From: the human T2T-CHM13v2.0 reference genome, Homo sapiens
NCBI RefSeq assembly: GCF_009914755.1
Contig: NC_060934.1
Reading direction: 5' to 3' (one strand)
DNA length: 64,000 nucleotides
The position numbers were made by a program, and so were the translations under genes. Within the stretch, counting starts at the first letter, position 1. Each line of letters opens with the position of its first letter. Below the pieces are notes generated by a model. That model searched no databases, was not told the DNA's origin, and saw only the letters and a program-made list of their open reading frames with translations. Below are positions 24,226-36,700 of this stretch, one piece after another.

Positions 24226-26539
24226 GGGCAAACCAGAGCAGCATCAGAAGCTCCCCCTGCCAACCTCTAGCTATCTCTCTCTCTCACTCCCTCACTCCCC
24301 ACCAAACAGTTTTTGAGCACTGGTTCTGTGCCATGCCCCATCCTCAGGAGACAGAGAAGAGCCCACAGTCCAGGAAGGGGAAACACACGGGTAACTCAGT
24401 GGCTGCTGCAGAGACCCAGGGCTCCGGTGGGGCTAGGCGGTGCCCAGTGTGGGCTACAGTCCCAGGGCCGCATCCTCCAGGATTCCAGCCCTGGGAGGCC
24501 GGCCCCAAGCAAGGCGGGGCCAAGGCAGGGACACAGGTCTAGAACCACACTGTTGGTGGCTTGTGCAGCTGGCATTTGGCCCTGAGACATCAGATCTGGG
24601 ACTCAGAAGGGACCCCAGAGCTCAGCTGACTCGGCTTCCTGGTGAGAGGCCCTCCTACCATGCAAAGGGGAGCTGGCTATGCACATATAAGCAGGGGAGG
24701 GAGGGGAGGGTCAGAGCTCCAGCTGCTCATTCTCTTTCCAGCTCACTTCACAAACTCACTTCCTCCCACCCCTCCAGCCTTTGCCATCTGTCTGTGTGGC
24801 AGGTACACCAGGCAGGGCACTGTTGGAATGTCTCCAGTAGGCAAGGTGTGTGGCTGACAAGAGCTGGAGATGGGCAAACCTGGGGCACACAGAGCTACAT
24901 CCTTGGCAGGCTGGCTCCTCAGCCTCGTGGAGACCCTGGGGAGCCTCCTGGAGCTAGAATGAGGACCAAGTATGGGCAGAGGCTCCCTCAGTGCCTGCCT
25001 TCCTCTTTAAACCCCAACTGGGGAGGAAATGCCTGCCACAGAAAGATGCCCAGCAGGCGGTGGGGGTATAAGTGGATGCCAGCTTCCCATGTAGTTATGT
25101 GAGCTGTCACGGGGTGACCTGGCATACCATGACAGGCCGGAGGGAGGGTGGGGCGGGTCCCAACCTCCCAGGGGCAGCAGGTACTGGGCAGCTGTGCCGT
25201 GTGTTCCCGAGACCTGCCTGTTTGTGGTCATGGAGGGGTCTCCATGCCAGGGCTCCGGCTCCAGGGTGCCCAGGGCCCAAGAGCTTTGACAGCCTGAATG
25301 TCCTCTTCATTTTCCTATAGGCTTAGAACCTGGATGTGAGTCCTTCTCAACAAAGAACTTACTTTCCCTCGGGGTGTTCGGGAATCTGGACAATGAGGCC
25401 CCATCAGCATCCCATGGGGGACCTTACCAATGATCCTGGCTGGTGTCGGTTCTGATTGGTGGGTCTCTGTACGGTTCTAGTTCCAAATGCTTGACCACAT
25501 CAGCTCCAGCTGTATCATTCTTTGCTCATTGGCACTCAGAGGCACTGGTGTGTCAGCCAATGCCACAGACTCCTGACGCCTTCTGAGGCCAAGAGCTACA
25601 GCCAAGCTGGGCACCTGGTTCCGGATTCATCTGTCCATTAGACAGCCTGTCCTTCCTGACAGGTGACACCCCTGCTGTTCATTAAAAGACAGCAAAAGAT
25701 GCTGCCACAGAAACTGATTGGACCCTGAAGCCACCACCCACCACACAACTATTTCTAGGGATGAAGTCAGATCCAGCCTCTTCTGCGCTTACCCTGGTAC
25801 ATTTTCCCACTGCCTCTTCTCCTCACTTCTGTGGAGGGTGGCAGAATCCCTGGGGAGCTGGAAGTGGGCCTTGACCCTCCTGCTTCATCATCCTCCATGT
25901 TGTCCCCCTTGTGGAGTGGCCCCTTAAGGCAGTGGGATCATGTTCCCGTGGAACGGCGATCCTGCCAAATAAATAAATAAACGCAGAGAAGAGACAGATT
26001 TCATTATCCAAAGGAAGCTGAAGCTGGGGCCAATTTCTGATGTTCATTTTAGTGGCACTGTAGTGGGGCTGGATGTTCCTCAGAGCATTTGCCCACCTTA
26101 AAAGCCCCCTGTGATGTGACGAGCCACTTTCTCAATCTTGGGAAGCTCCAAGATCTCCCAGCCCTTCTCCAGTGCTGTGGCCATCCTGGTCTTGTCACCC
26201 AGTGAACACAGGAGGCCAGGGCCCTGTGGGTTGGTCACCCCTGGACATTCCACCCACAGTGCCTTGGGCAGGGCAAGGTCTGCGCCTGCTCCAAGGCATC
26301 CAGGCAGCCCCCTCCTCAAGGGGCCACAGGAGACAGCAGCAGCCACAGCCTTGTGCCTTCCCGGTCCCACTTGTGTCAAAGCTATACAGGCCTAGACAGG
26401 ATCTGGTAGGAGCCTGGGCTTTAGAGACAGAGCCTAAGGCCGAGAGAAGGCAAGGGGTTCTTCTAGGGTCACCCAGCCAATGCTGGAAACACCTAGACTA
26501 ACAAAGTGGCAGGATTATCTGCTGGCTGAGTTCTGGGAT

Positions 26540-26715
26540 CCAACTGTGTTACAATGGGCAAGTGACTTGACATCTCTGAGCTGCAGCTTTCTTACCTCTA
26601 AGATAGGGATCATGACAACCTCTACCTCCATGCTGTCCTGAGATGAAGGAGATGTATGTAAAGCACGTGGTACAGTACCTGGCATGGGGAGGAGTTTAAT
26701 CAGTGGTATTGAGCT
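26540..26715 (+). mobile_element. MIR
   Basis: gggcaagtgacttgacatctctgagc...tgtaaagcacgtggtacagtacctggca. Confidence 0.8.
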
Positions 26716-27342
26716 GCTGGTACTCAGCTCTCCTGAACCGCAGGCCAGGACTCTCTTGACCACCCACATTGCCCTTCCTCCTGAGCCTCTGAAACACCAC
26801 TACCTTGGGGACCGGCCCTTGCCAGAGGAATTTATTCAGACAGGGGCTCCTCTAAGCTGCTTTTTGACTGCAGCAAATGCTGCTACCTCCACTAAGCCCC
26901 TGCTGTATACAGAGCGCCAGGCATGCAGGTATATACAGGCCTTTGTACAAAGGGTTCAGATCCACCTTGGGAAATGGGGTGAGGCGTGGCTTCTGTGCAC
27001 ACTGTGTGGCCCTGAGTCTCTGGGCCTCAGCTCCCATTTTGTAAAATGAGCCTGAGACAGCCTCACTGAGTAGCTTGGCGAAGCCAGTGAGTTCCTGCGT
27101 GTGAAGCCCCATTGAAAGTGCGAAGTGGATTGCTATTTGCTACACACGTGCCAGTTGTTATTTTTGCATTTACACAATAATGGACAAGACCTGACCCTGT
27201 CTCTAGAAACCCATCCCGTGATTGGGCCTCTGAACAGTGTCCACAGGAAATATTTCACCAGTTATATCCTGCAATCTGGATGTGTCAGCTATGGTATTTG
27301 GAGAATGCGATGGTCTTGGAAGCCTCCAGGGGAGAGGTGACC

Positions 27343-28350
27343 CATTCATTCATTCATTCGTTCGTTCGTTCGTTCAACAAATACTTGTGAAGCGCTTGCC
27401 ATGTGCAGTGGCACCGAGCTCTAGTGATATGAGGACCAACCTGACAGAGGTCTTGACCTCTTCCTGCTTCCAGTGTAATGAGAGAAATCAACAAAATAAG
27501 CACATAAGGAAATTAACAAGAAAATATCCACTGATTGTTATGAAGAAAATAAATTAAGACAATTTTAAAGGATTCCCCCCACGGCCCACTTTACTGAGGT
27601 ATAATTGACAATTAAAAACTGTATATATTTAAGGCTGACCATGTGATCCAGGGGATATTTTCGATAGGGCATTGTGGGGGGCAGTGTTATCTGTGAGAAG
27701 GTGACATCTGAATGACAAGGGGAGCCCACCACGCAGAGCTAACAGATGATCCTGAGCATGAGAAGTGCTGTGCCTGAACTTGTCACAGCATAAAGCACTA
27801 GAAGAGTGTCCATGAGATAAATTGATTAAAGAATTAAATCAGAGGTTGGGGAATGAGCATGCTGGTTAGCAGCAAAAGCCGGTGCAAAATCCCTGAGGTC
27901 GGAATGAGCTTGGTGTGTCTGAAGAAGAGAAAGGTCAGAGTGTGGCCAGGTGAAATGAGTGACAGGGAGAGAGCAGAGAGAGAGCTCAGGGAGGGCGCGG
28001 GCCAGTCCTGTGGCGCCTCGTGTGACTCTGGCCTGTGGTATTTGTACATTTCACCCTCAATGAGCCAGGAAGCCACAGGAAGGTTTTAGGAGGGGGAGCC
28101 ACCGGCTCTGGGCTACATTTTCCAGTCCTCTTGGCACCGGCAGAGAATGGATTACAAAGGCAGAGTGGAGAGGAGCCAATAGGTGTCCTGGACAATTGCG
28201 GTGTCCAGGTGAGAGGCAGTGGTGACAGAGGAAATGGGGAGAGTGTGCAGATTTTGGGTATGTGCTAGAGGTGACGCTAGCAGGCCTTGCTGATGGGCTG
28301 GCTGTCGGGTGAGAGATGGAGAGAAACCAGGCAGAGCTGAAGGCTTCTTG
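27343..28350 (-). mobile_element. L2 with (TTCA)n(TTCG)n tail, containing a short L1M 3' fragment (about 27585-27645)
   Basis: cattcattcattcattcgttcg...caacaaatacttg; gcaaaatccctgaggtcggaatgagcttggtgtgtctgaagaa. Confidence 0.75.
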
Positions 28351-28764
28351 ACTTGAGCTGTTGACTGGGCTGGGCTGTGAAGCTGCTGGAGCTGCAGAAT
28401 GCTTAGCCCAGGTGCTGGGGGTCAGGGGCAGGTTTCCTGGAGAGATGGGGACAGGGCTGGAGGGACAGACAGCGGCATCGAAGGAGCCCGGTGACTCGGT
28501 GACTCGGGGTCCTTTAAGTTGCGTGTCCCCCAGCGTGGAGTCCACTTGCTAGAGTGAGCAGTTTGTTGAATTGCTGGTTCCCCTTCCACTTCACCAGCTT
28601 AGGAGCAAGAGGGGCTGGATGGAGGAGGCAGAGCCTGTGGCCTGTCTGCCTGGCTGAGGGGGGCCCTCTGGAGTCAGATGTCCTGAGTTCCCCTCCCCAC
28701 CTCAGCAGCTTCACAGTGCATTTCCTTGCTCACTAAATCCTGAAATACTGGGATGATGGGGCCC

Positions 28765-28910
28765 CCTTTGAAACTTGAGTGAGGTAAGTTTAGGACAAAT
28801 TAAAGGAAGTCCTGCTTCTCACAGCAACTTAGGACCTCAGGGGACTCATTACCCTGAGAGGTGGTCCAGGCTGGGAATGTCATGGGATTCCTGAGGGATC
28901 TGGGTAAAAG
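28765..28910 (+). mobile_element. CR1/L3-class ancient LINE 3' fragment
   Basis: aagtttaggacaaattaaaggaagtcctgcttctcacagc...gactcattaccctgagaggtggtccaggctg. Confidence 0.6.
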
Positions 28911-29259
28911 AACAAAATGAGGGGCCCTCAAAGGCCCCTGAGAGGAAACCTGGGATCTGTGTGACCTTTAAGTTGACGTCAGGGAGGAAAACTGGTCTCT
29001 TGAGGCTTCTGCTGGCAACAGAGTCGGGAACCATCCTAATCCAACCCAGCGTTCCCCTGCCCCCTGGCTCTCAGAACCCCGGGCGCCAGAGCTGGAAGGG
29101 GCCCCAGGCTCTGCCCCATCTAGTCCTTTTCTGTCACTCAGGAGGACACTCCTCTGTCACCCCTCCGCCTGAAACCCTGCAGTGGCGCCAGTGCCTTCAC
29201 GACCATGTCCAGCACACCCCATCGGGCCCCATCCCTCCCCACTGCCCCCCTGCCCCACT

Positions 29260-29635
29260 TCCCTGGACTCCCTGCAGCACAGCCAGCCTGGGGCTTAGGA
29301 GCAGGGCTCTCATCACCAGGCCTCTGCCCCTGCTCTTCCCTCTGCCAGGAACCCCCTCATCTCCACCTTTGCCTGTTAACTCTCCCTTACCCTTCCGATT
29401 TGGCCTTAGTTGTAAACTCCTAGATAGCCATCCCTGATTCCCACCCCTGCCCCCACCTCCCCAATTTCAGGTCACCTGCCACTGCCGAAAGCTTCCTTAG
29501 AGCCAGCCCAGCCTCCAAGCATAAACCTATCCCACTGCATCATCAGGGACTAGTTTCACATCTGTCTCCCCTCTGGACAGTTAGCTCTGTGTCTTCCCAG
29601 CACCTGGCACGGAATAAATGCTCTTCAATAATCAT
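29260..29635 (+). mobile_element. L2 3' fragment
   Basis: gctcttccctctgccaggaac...ccagcacctggcacggaataaatgctc. Confidence 0.65.
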
Positions 29636-29689
29636 TTAAGGTGTCAGGCTCAGAGAATGGAATTGCCATGCACAAAATCACAGCATCAT

Positions 29690-30220
29690 TCATGTATCAT
29701 TCAACACATATTACTGAGCACTCACTCCATGCCACGCCTTTGCTAGGTGCTGGTAACCCGAGGGTGAGCAAGACATGACTTACGGTTCAGTCAGGGAGGC
29801 AGCCTCCACCAATTGCCCCAGCAAATATAAAATTGCAATAGCGATCAGCTCCACCAAAAGGCAATGCAAGGTTTCATGAGAAACTAGAAAAAAAATCCTC
29901 AAGCGTCCTTGAGCAGAGAGATCTGGCAAGGGAGTAGGAATTGACCAGGTAAAGGGCAGGGAAAGTGTTCCAGGCAAGGGAACAGCAAGGGCAGAGACAC
30001 TGCAGTGGGAAGGGAGGATGAGGAACTGAGGCAGGAGCAGTGTGGCCTGGGCAGGGAGCTTCGGGACAGAGACTGGTATGAGATGAGATTCAGCTGGAAT
30101 ATGCAGGGCTTTATGGACCACGTTAAGGCTTTCATCTTTATCCTAAGAGCAGTGGGGAGCCACCAAAAAGTATTGAGCAGGACCATGACCTAACCAGACT
30201 GGTATTATGAAAGCTCAGAC
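29690..30220 (-). mobile_element. L2 fragment
   Basis: cattcaacacatattactgagcac...gtgttccaggcaagggaacagcaagggcagagac...ttatcctaagagcagtggggagcca. Confidence 0.8.
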
Positions 30221-30224
30221 TAGC

Positions 30225-30583
30225 TGATATGGTTTCACTGTGTCCCCACTCAAATCTCATCTTGAATTGTAGCTCCCATAATTCCCACGTGTTGTGAGAG
30301 GGACCTGGTGGGAGATGATTGACTCATGGGGGTGGTTTCCCCCATACTGCTCTCGTGGTAATGAATAAGTCTCGTGAGATCTGAAGCTTTCATAAGGGGA
30401 AACCCCTTTCACTTGATTCTCATTTCTCTCTCACCTGCCGCCACATTAAGACGTGCCTTTCACCTTCTGCCAGGGTTGTGGGGCCTCCCCAACCATTTAG
30501 AACCTTGTTAAACCTCTTTTTCTTTATAAATTATTCAGTCTCAGGTATGCCTTTATCAGAAGCGGTAAAAACGGACTATTACA
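30225..30583 (+). mobile_element. THE1 (MaLR) solo LTR, THE1B/C-like, sense to COL13A1
   Basis: TGatatggttt...caaatctcatcttgaattgtagctcccataattcccacgtg...ggactattaCA; 5-bp TSD ctagc/ctggc. Confidence 0.92.
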
Positions 30584-31459
30584 CTGGCTTCTGTACAGAG
30601 CAGGAAAAATAACCAAGTGCCCTGACACTAAGCCCTTATAGGATGTCCATGCTCTGTAGCCTCTGTAGCCCTGCTCCCTACCCCAGGTCACTACATGTCC
30701 AAGGACCTCCCCTACTCCAAAGCATTGGTCTGTCCATGCTCATTCCGGCACTAACATCATCCCCACCCAAACGCAGGGGCTGGGCTTCAGTGCTAGCTTT
30801 CCTGGGCATTTGGTACAACTGTGCTCCATGAGGCTGTAGTGTACACTACACTCTTGTCTCCAGTAGCCAGGACAGGCTGTGCATGCCCAGATGCTGGCCT
30901 CAGTGTGCTGTCAGGGGCCAGAGTCAGCACCAGCACCCAACAGATGAGGACTGTTTCACCCAGAGTTTGCTCCTTTGAGGAGCAGAGAGCCCAGCTCCCT
31001 GCCAGGCCTGCTGGGTTCCGCTGTGTGAGGGTTTCAGACGGGGTCCCGGCAGTGACCCAGCAGCAGCATTTATGCCAGAGCAGCAGCCTTTACATGCCTC
31101 CGGTCTACACTCGTGGAAGTTGGTGTCAGGACGCAGTAAGGTTAATCCTCCAGGTTGCCTGGGCTGCAGAAACACTGAGAGTAAACTGTTTATGTTCTCC
31201 GGCTGCTGAGCCTAAAGGCCTTCTGCAAAGAAATCATGGCTCCTAGGCTGTCAGTGCTGGAGGGTGGGGGTTATCTCTTCCAGCACCCACGTCACAGCAG
31301 GAGAGGGGGCCCAGAGAGGTGAGATTCTCACCATGTCGTGTTGCTCAAGTGGTCAGAAGATTCAGCCTCCACGTGGAGGCCATCGGCCCACATGATAGCT
31401 GGTGTGATGATGTTAAACTCTTCCCCCTCAACCCACGGCCTAGGAGCGAGAAGAGGAGG

Positions 31460-31940
31460 AGGAGTTAAAGGGTGAGAGTGCAGAATCTGGGTTTCAGATC
31501 CTGGCAACCATGGGTTCAAATCCTGCCTTTGTCACTTGTCAGCTGTGGCCTCTTGGGCAAATTTTTCAACCTCTAGGGTCTTTTTTCATCTACATTGCAG
31601 TGTCCATTATGACTGCCACTAACCACACATGACTGTATATTTAAATTAATTCAAATTAAATAAAATTTAAAATGCAATTCATCAGTTTCCCCAGCCATAT
31701 TTCAAGTGTTCCTGTGGCTAGTGGCTACTGTATTGGACAGCACACGCACAGAACATTTCCATTATTGCAAAATGTTTTCTATCCAACAGCTTTGATCTAT
31801 AAAATGAGGATAATGAGAAGGCTTGTTCTATGGATCGTGGTGAGGATTAAATGAGATAATGTATATAAAGCAAGCTGGTATAGCACCCAACATATATTAG
31901 GTGCTCAGCTAATGTTTGCCATGACGGTGATGGTGGTGAT
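31460..31940 (+). mobile_element. MIR split by MER3
   Basis: gggttcaaatcctgcc...ttttttcatcta [MER3] atctataaaatgaggataat...gtgaggattaaatgagataatgtatataaagc. Confidence 0.85.
31596..31794 (-). mobile_element. MER3 (hAT-Charlie)
   Basis: gtggctagtggctactgtattggacagcac...agaacatttccatt; imperfect 8-bp TSD atctacat/atctataa. Confidence 0.88.
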
Positions 31941-32054
31941 GGGGTTGGTGAAGTCCATTTGCTTCTGTGTACATTTTCAGTGTCCTGCTGTGTCCACGAC
32001 CAGAGGTGCTACAGCCCAATAAAAAGGTGCTAGAGTTAGGCAGTTGTGCACCTG

Positions 32055-32400
32055 GATTTATTTATCAATACGAAGGTGTTGATCATCTGCTGTGGGCCAG
32101 GCGCTGTTATCATATGCTGTGGGCAGGTGCCGTGGTAGGTTTGTGATATGTCACAAAGTCAAACAAGACATAGTCTTTATCGTCCAGGAGAGATGCCCAC
32201 CAGTAAAGCATAGAAAATACCCAAGAGAGTCAGAAGAAAAAGAAAAGGAATAGCAAGCCCTGAGGGCTTCCCGGAAGAGGCGGCATTTGCTCTAGGTCTT
32301 GAAGGAGGTGTAGGATTTGAGTCGGAGAGGGCAGGAGGACATTCCAAACAAAGGGAACAGCATGGGCTGTCAGGAGGGGCCTGAAAAGTTATCTGTGCTT
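32055..32400 (-). mobile_element. L2 fragment
   Basis: gagggcttcccggaagaggcggcatttgctctaggtcttgaaggaggtgtaggattt...cattccaaacaaagggaacagcatg. Confidence 0.7.
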
Positions 32401-32664
32401 GAATGATGGCCAGCTCAGTGTGGCTGTCCAGGGAGGATGGGCCATAGGCACAGTGCTCAGCAAATGCCAGACACTCCCTAAGTATTTGTGGGATCAGCAA
32501 GTGGAATGAAGCTCATAACTGTGATTCTGGGCAAGTTATCTGACCTGCCTATGCCTCCTGCCTGCTCACACTTCACCAGCTTCTCACCCCAGCCCCCAGT
32601 AAGCCTGTGGAGATACAGAGAGATGAGACGAGAACATGCTTCCATCGCAAACATAAGGTGGTCT

Positions 32665-32820
32665 AACTTTGTGCCTCAGTTTCCCACCTGTAAAATAGGG
32701 TAATAATATTAGCCACTTCCTTGGGCCATTGTAAGGATTAAAAGAGTTAATACAGTGGCATGTTTAGAACAGTAGCAAGCACAAAGTGACCCTAGAGAAG
32801 GGTTAACTAGCAATGTTGGC
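32665..32820 (+). mobile_element. MIR 3' half
   Basis: gtgcctcagtttcccacctgtaaaataggg...gtaaggattaaaagagttaatac. Confidence 0.8.
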
Positions 32821-33328
32821 ATAGCGACAAGAGATATCCTTGCTTTTGTCATGGAGAAGGGAAGTGTTGGCTGACGTGTTTGAGTAGGACTTAAAAGTTC
32901 CTAAAATCATGTTGGCCCGTCATACCTCACCTGCCTTAAAGGATTTTTGAGACCGTAAAGTACATATGCCAGGTGAATGCAAACTGGAGAGGGTGGTGCC
33001 CCAGACTGTCAATTATAGCAGCAATGGGGAGGCAGATGGGATTGAGCTTTGCTCCTGAGCTGATTTACTGTCTGCAGTGGTTTTGCTCTGGAGAGCCTGG
33101 GCTCTGTTTTGGGAAATCCAGGAGGTGACTTTTCCTAAGGATCTTGAGAGATGAGTAGGAGCTTGCTGGAAAGGCCAGCAAGAGAACCATACTATGTTAA
33201 GGTCCTGTACTTAACTAGTTATAGGATTCTCTATCCTATAGAGACAAACAAAACCCATCCAGACCTGCCTTGCTTGACATCTGACACCCTCAAGATGCCT
33301 CCAAGACTTCACTGTGCTTTCTTGCTGA

Positions 33329-33724
<396 letters not shown>

Positions 33725-33909
33725 TAGGCATCCCCAACCCACTAGCCTGTGTCACTCCTTCCCCTCCCTCAGCCTGCAGCCCCTCCCCAATGGGAACCAG
33801 CTTCAGGTGCCTCCCTGGGAAACATTTCTTGCCTCCCACAAGGTCCCTGCATCCCTCTTAGCAGTAACCCTGCTCCCTGATTTGGAAAAAGACATTTCAC
33901 CCTTTTTCC

Positions 33910-34070
33910 AAATCAATTCTGACCTCACCTGCAGCAGAATCACCTAGTCAGCTAAAAATGCAGATGCCCAGGTCAGACCTACAACATCAGAATCTCCAAT
34001 CCTGTGGTCTGGAAATCTGCATTTAGCAATCCAGGTAATCCTTTTGCTCAATGAGTTCAGAAAGTCACTG
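33910..34070. mobile_element. MER5A/B (hAT-Charlie)
   Basis: cagaatcacct...aaaaatgcagatgcccagg...tcagaatctcc...ggaaatctgcattt. Confidence 0.8.
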
Positions 34071-36489
34071 AACTGCTAAATTTCACTGTAGCGTATCTTT
34101 TTGTTTGCATCTTTTTCCCTCCACTGGACAAGGGTTTCCTGGAGGCAGGGACAGGGATAGTGCCTTGCTGTCTGTTTCCCCAAGGCCTGGCGCAAGGCCA
34201 GTGCCCAGGCAGTCCTGAATGAACCATTCCTGGACATGACACGGTTCCCGTGCCCTCCCTCCTTCCAGCCCATGCCGGAAATAAACTTTTATGAAGGCTT
34301 TTGTGAGTAGTCTGTGATCTCTCTGGGAGGCCATGCATGTCTCTCTTAACCAAGAGAGGAACCTAGAAGAAGAGCAGCCCAGCCCTCGGTAACAAGGGGC
34401 TGGGGGTGGTCCCAAGACGGGGTCCTGGATGAAGAAGGGTCTGGTGGCACTGGAGGGGCTGGGGGAGAGTGTCCTGGTTCCTAATCAACAGGAAGGGCCT
34501 CTGCCTCCAGGATCACTTTTCAGCCCAGCTGCTTGGACATAACCCGAGCTGGGGTTGGGGTTGGGGGGAGGGGCGGTGACAGACAGGCTGACGGGGAGGC
34601 CAGCACTGCGACAGACGGCCAGCCCAGCACACCTGCCCGCCCAACTCTTGTACACCCCCACTGCCCCGGGAAGGTGCATCCAGGGAGAAGGCTCAGCTGG
34701 TGAGCTCAGAACACCCTTCTGCTTTCTTCCCCCACCCTGCCCTCCCCTTCTTCTGCTCTTTCCAAGCTTAGGGACATTCAATCCTTCCTTTGATGGACAG
34801 CCAAGAAAAGACTTCTTCCACATCCTAAATTTGTTAGCACCAGCTAATCGTCTTAACCTTCCTCCCTCCAGTGCTCCCAATAGGCGCCTCCTTAAACACA
34901 CAGGGTGCTTTTTTGATTCTCAGAGGGGAGCACCGGGAGGGACCAAATCCCCACAGGGGCAGAGGAAGTTTCCCTGGAGGTCCCTCCTCTGCCGTGGCTG
35001 CTGGTGAGCCGGGGTGTGCAGACACGTGGGGCAGGAGCAGTGACTGCAGCTGCAGCCAAGCCTGAGGCTTGGCAGCTTAGAACCCGCTGATTCAAGTGGG
35101 GGTGCTTCCCAGCGGGAGCCACGGCCCTCATTAGGGGCTCACCCCAGGGTGCTGCTAGAAAACTGAAGTTAGCCAAATCCCAGGTCGTGCCCAGCAGAGG
35201 GACACTCTTTCTTGACCCTCGCCTGCTTCTTCATCTTCTCTATTGTGTCTCTCTTTAGCCTCTTCCTTCTCTTCCTCCTCATCACAGCTTCCATCTACTT
35301 TACAGGGTGCCGGACCGCATGCTTAGGGCCTGACCCCAGCTCCTTCAGAACCCTAACAGCTAGAAATTCTTATGCTCATTTTACTGATGAGAAAATTGAG
35401 GCTCAGAGAAGTGAAATGATGTGTCTGTGTATATAAGGTAATCCCATATGAGTCAGGGCTGGGGTGTGGACCACTGTCCAAACTGTTGCTGTTGACCGCC
35501 ATACCATTCTGTCTCCAAAACACACATTTCTGAACTGCTCACACAGGTACACAAATTAGATAAAAGTGACCTACTGCAATCTATTAAATGAGGTCACCCT
35601 GTAAACATCTCTTGCAGGACCAGGCACATAGTAGGCCCTCAGCACGAGTACCCCTTCCTTCCTCCCATCCCCTCATCTCTCTCCCTACTCTGTCTCTCTC
35701 CTCCTGCTCTTTCTCCTTGCCTCCAGGCTTATGACACAGGTGAGAAGAGCCAGGACAGAAGAGAATGTGGCTATGGCCTACAGACCTTGTCCTGGCCCTA
35801 AGCCTCCCAATAAATAACAGGGTCTGTATATAAGCCTCCGGCTCTGCAGCATCTCAGCTTGGGAGGAATGGCGTTTGCTGGCGGAGGGATTAGGAGCCCT
35901 GGGAGGAAGGGACAAGGGCCTCCCTCCAAAGCAGCAGGGGAAGGCTCTGATTCACTCTCTTTCTCCTTTCCATCTGTGGCCCCACAGAAACAGCAAAGAA
36001 ACCTAAAGAAAACCTAACAACTTTGCCGTCAAGGTCCTCAGTGGATGTGGGGCTGGTCTGGGAGGGAGGAGTTCCCCTTCCTGCAAAGGGCTGGACCCTG
36101 ACCCGAAGGCATAAGAGACCCTTCTGAGACCTAGCATGCTTGGAACACAGGCAGGAAACTGCCCTTCTTGCCCCCTGGGCCACCTCCTTCCTCTTCCCAG
36201 CTTGTCTAGGTCCCTAGAATGGGGGTTGTCTGACCAGATGGAGTCTCCAGTCATTTGCTCAAGACCTCTGAGTCACGGAGGTGAAGAAGCCACTGGGACC
36301 AGCTGAGACTGAGGGGCTCTGGGGGAGGGGTCAGGACAATTGCAGAGGCTGCCAGGAAGATGGATCAGATGGCCGCATCTGATCCAAGTGTCACAAAGCA
36401 GTCCAACTGAGGTTGCTGGCGAAGTGTGAGCAAGCTACCGGCCTGAGCTGAATTAAAATCATCCTATACCTCCTGGATGGCTTAGTAAT

Positions 36490-36700
36490 AAGAAGCAAAG
36501 CTGCCACTTCCCAAGGACTTATTAAGTGCAAGACCCTTACATATGTGTATATGTCTCCAACAACCTTGCAAACTGGTACTATTAGTTCCACTTTATAAAG
36601 AGACTGAGGCTCAGAGAAATTAAAAGAAACTTGCCTGGGGCTCTGGAGCTATTAAGAGTTGCTGGGATCTGAACCTAGGTCTGTTTGGCTCCAAAGCTCA
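36490..36700 (-). mobile_element. MIR
   Basis: actgaggctcagagaaatta...ggatctgaacctaggtctgtttggctccaaagc. Confidence 0.8.

Noticed and set aside
24680-24810. TATA-like CATATAAG with downstream Inr-like sequence as an internal promoter
   Set aside because: Weak TATA match, ambiguous spacing and no good donor; not supportable from sequence alone.
24440-25102. 220-aa ORF (also 45161-45832, 55458-56123, 62710-63315 and the other ORF-track entries)
   Set aside because: No recognisable domain; composition typical of random GC-rich frames; overlapping ORFs on both strands; many begin at non-ATG codons. These are chance ORFs in intronic DNA.
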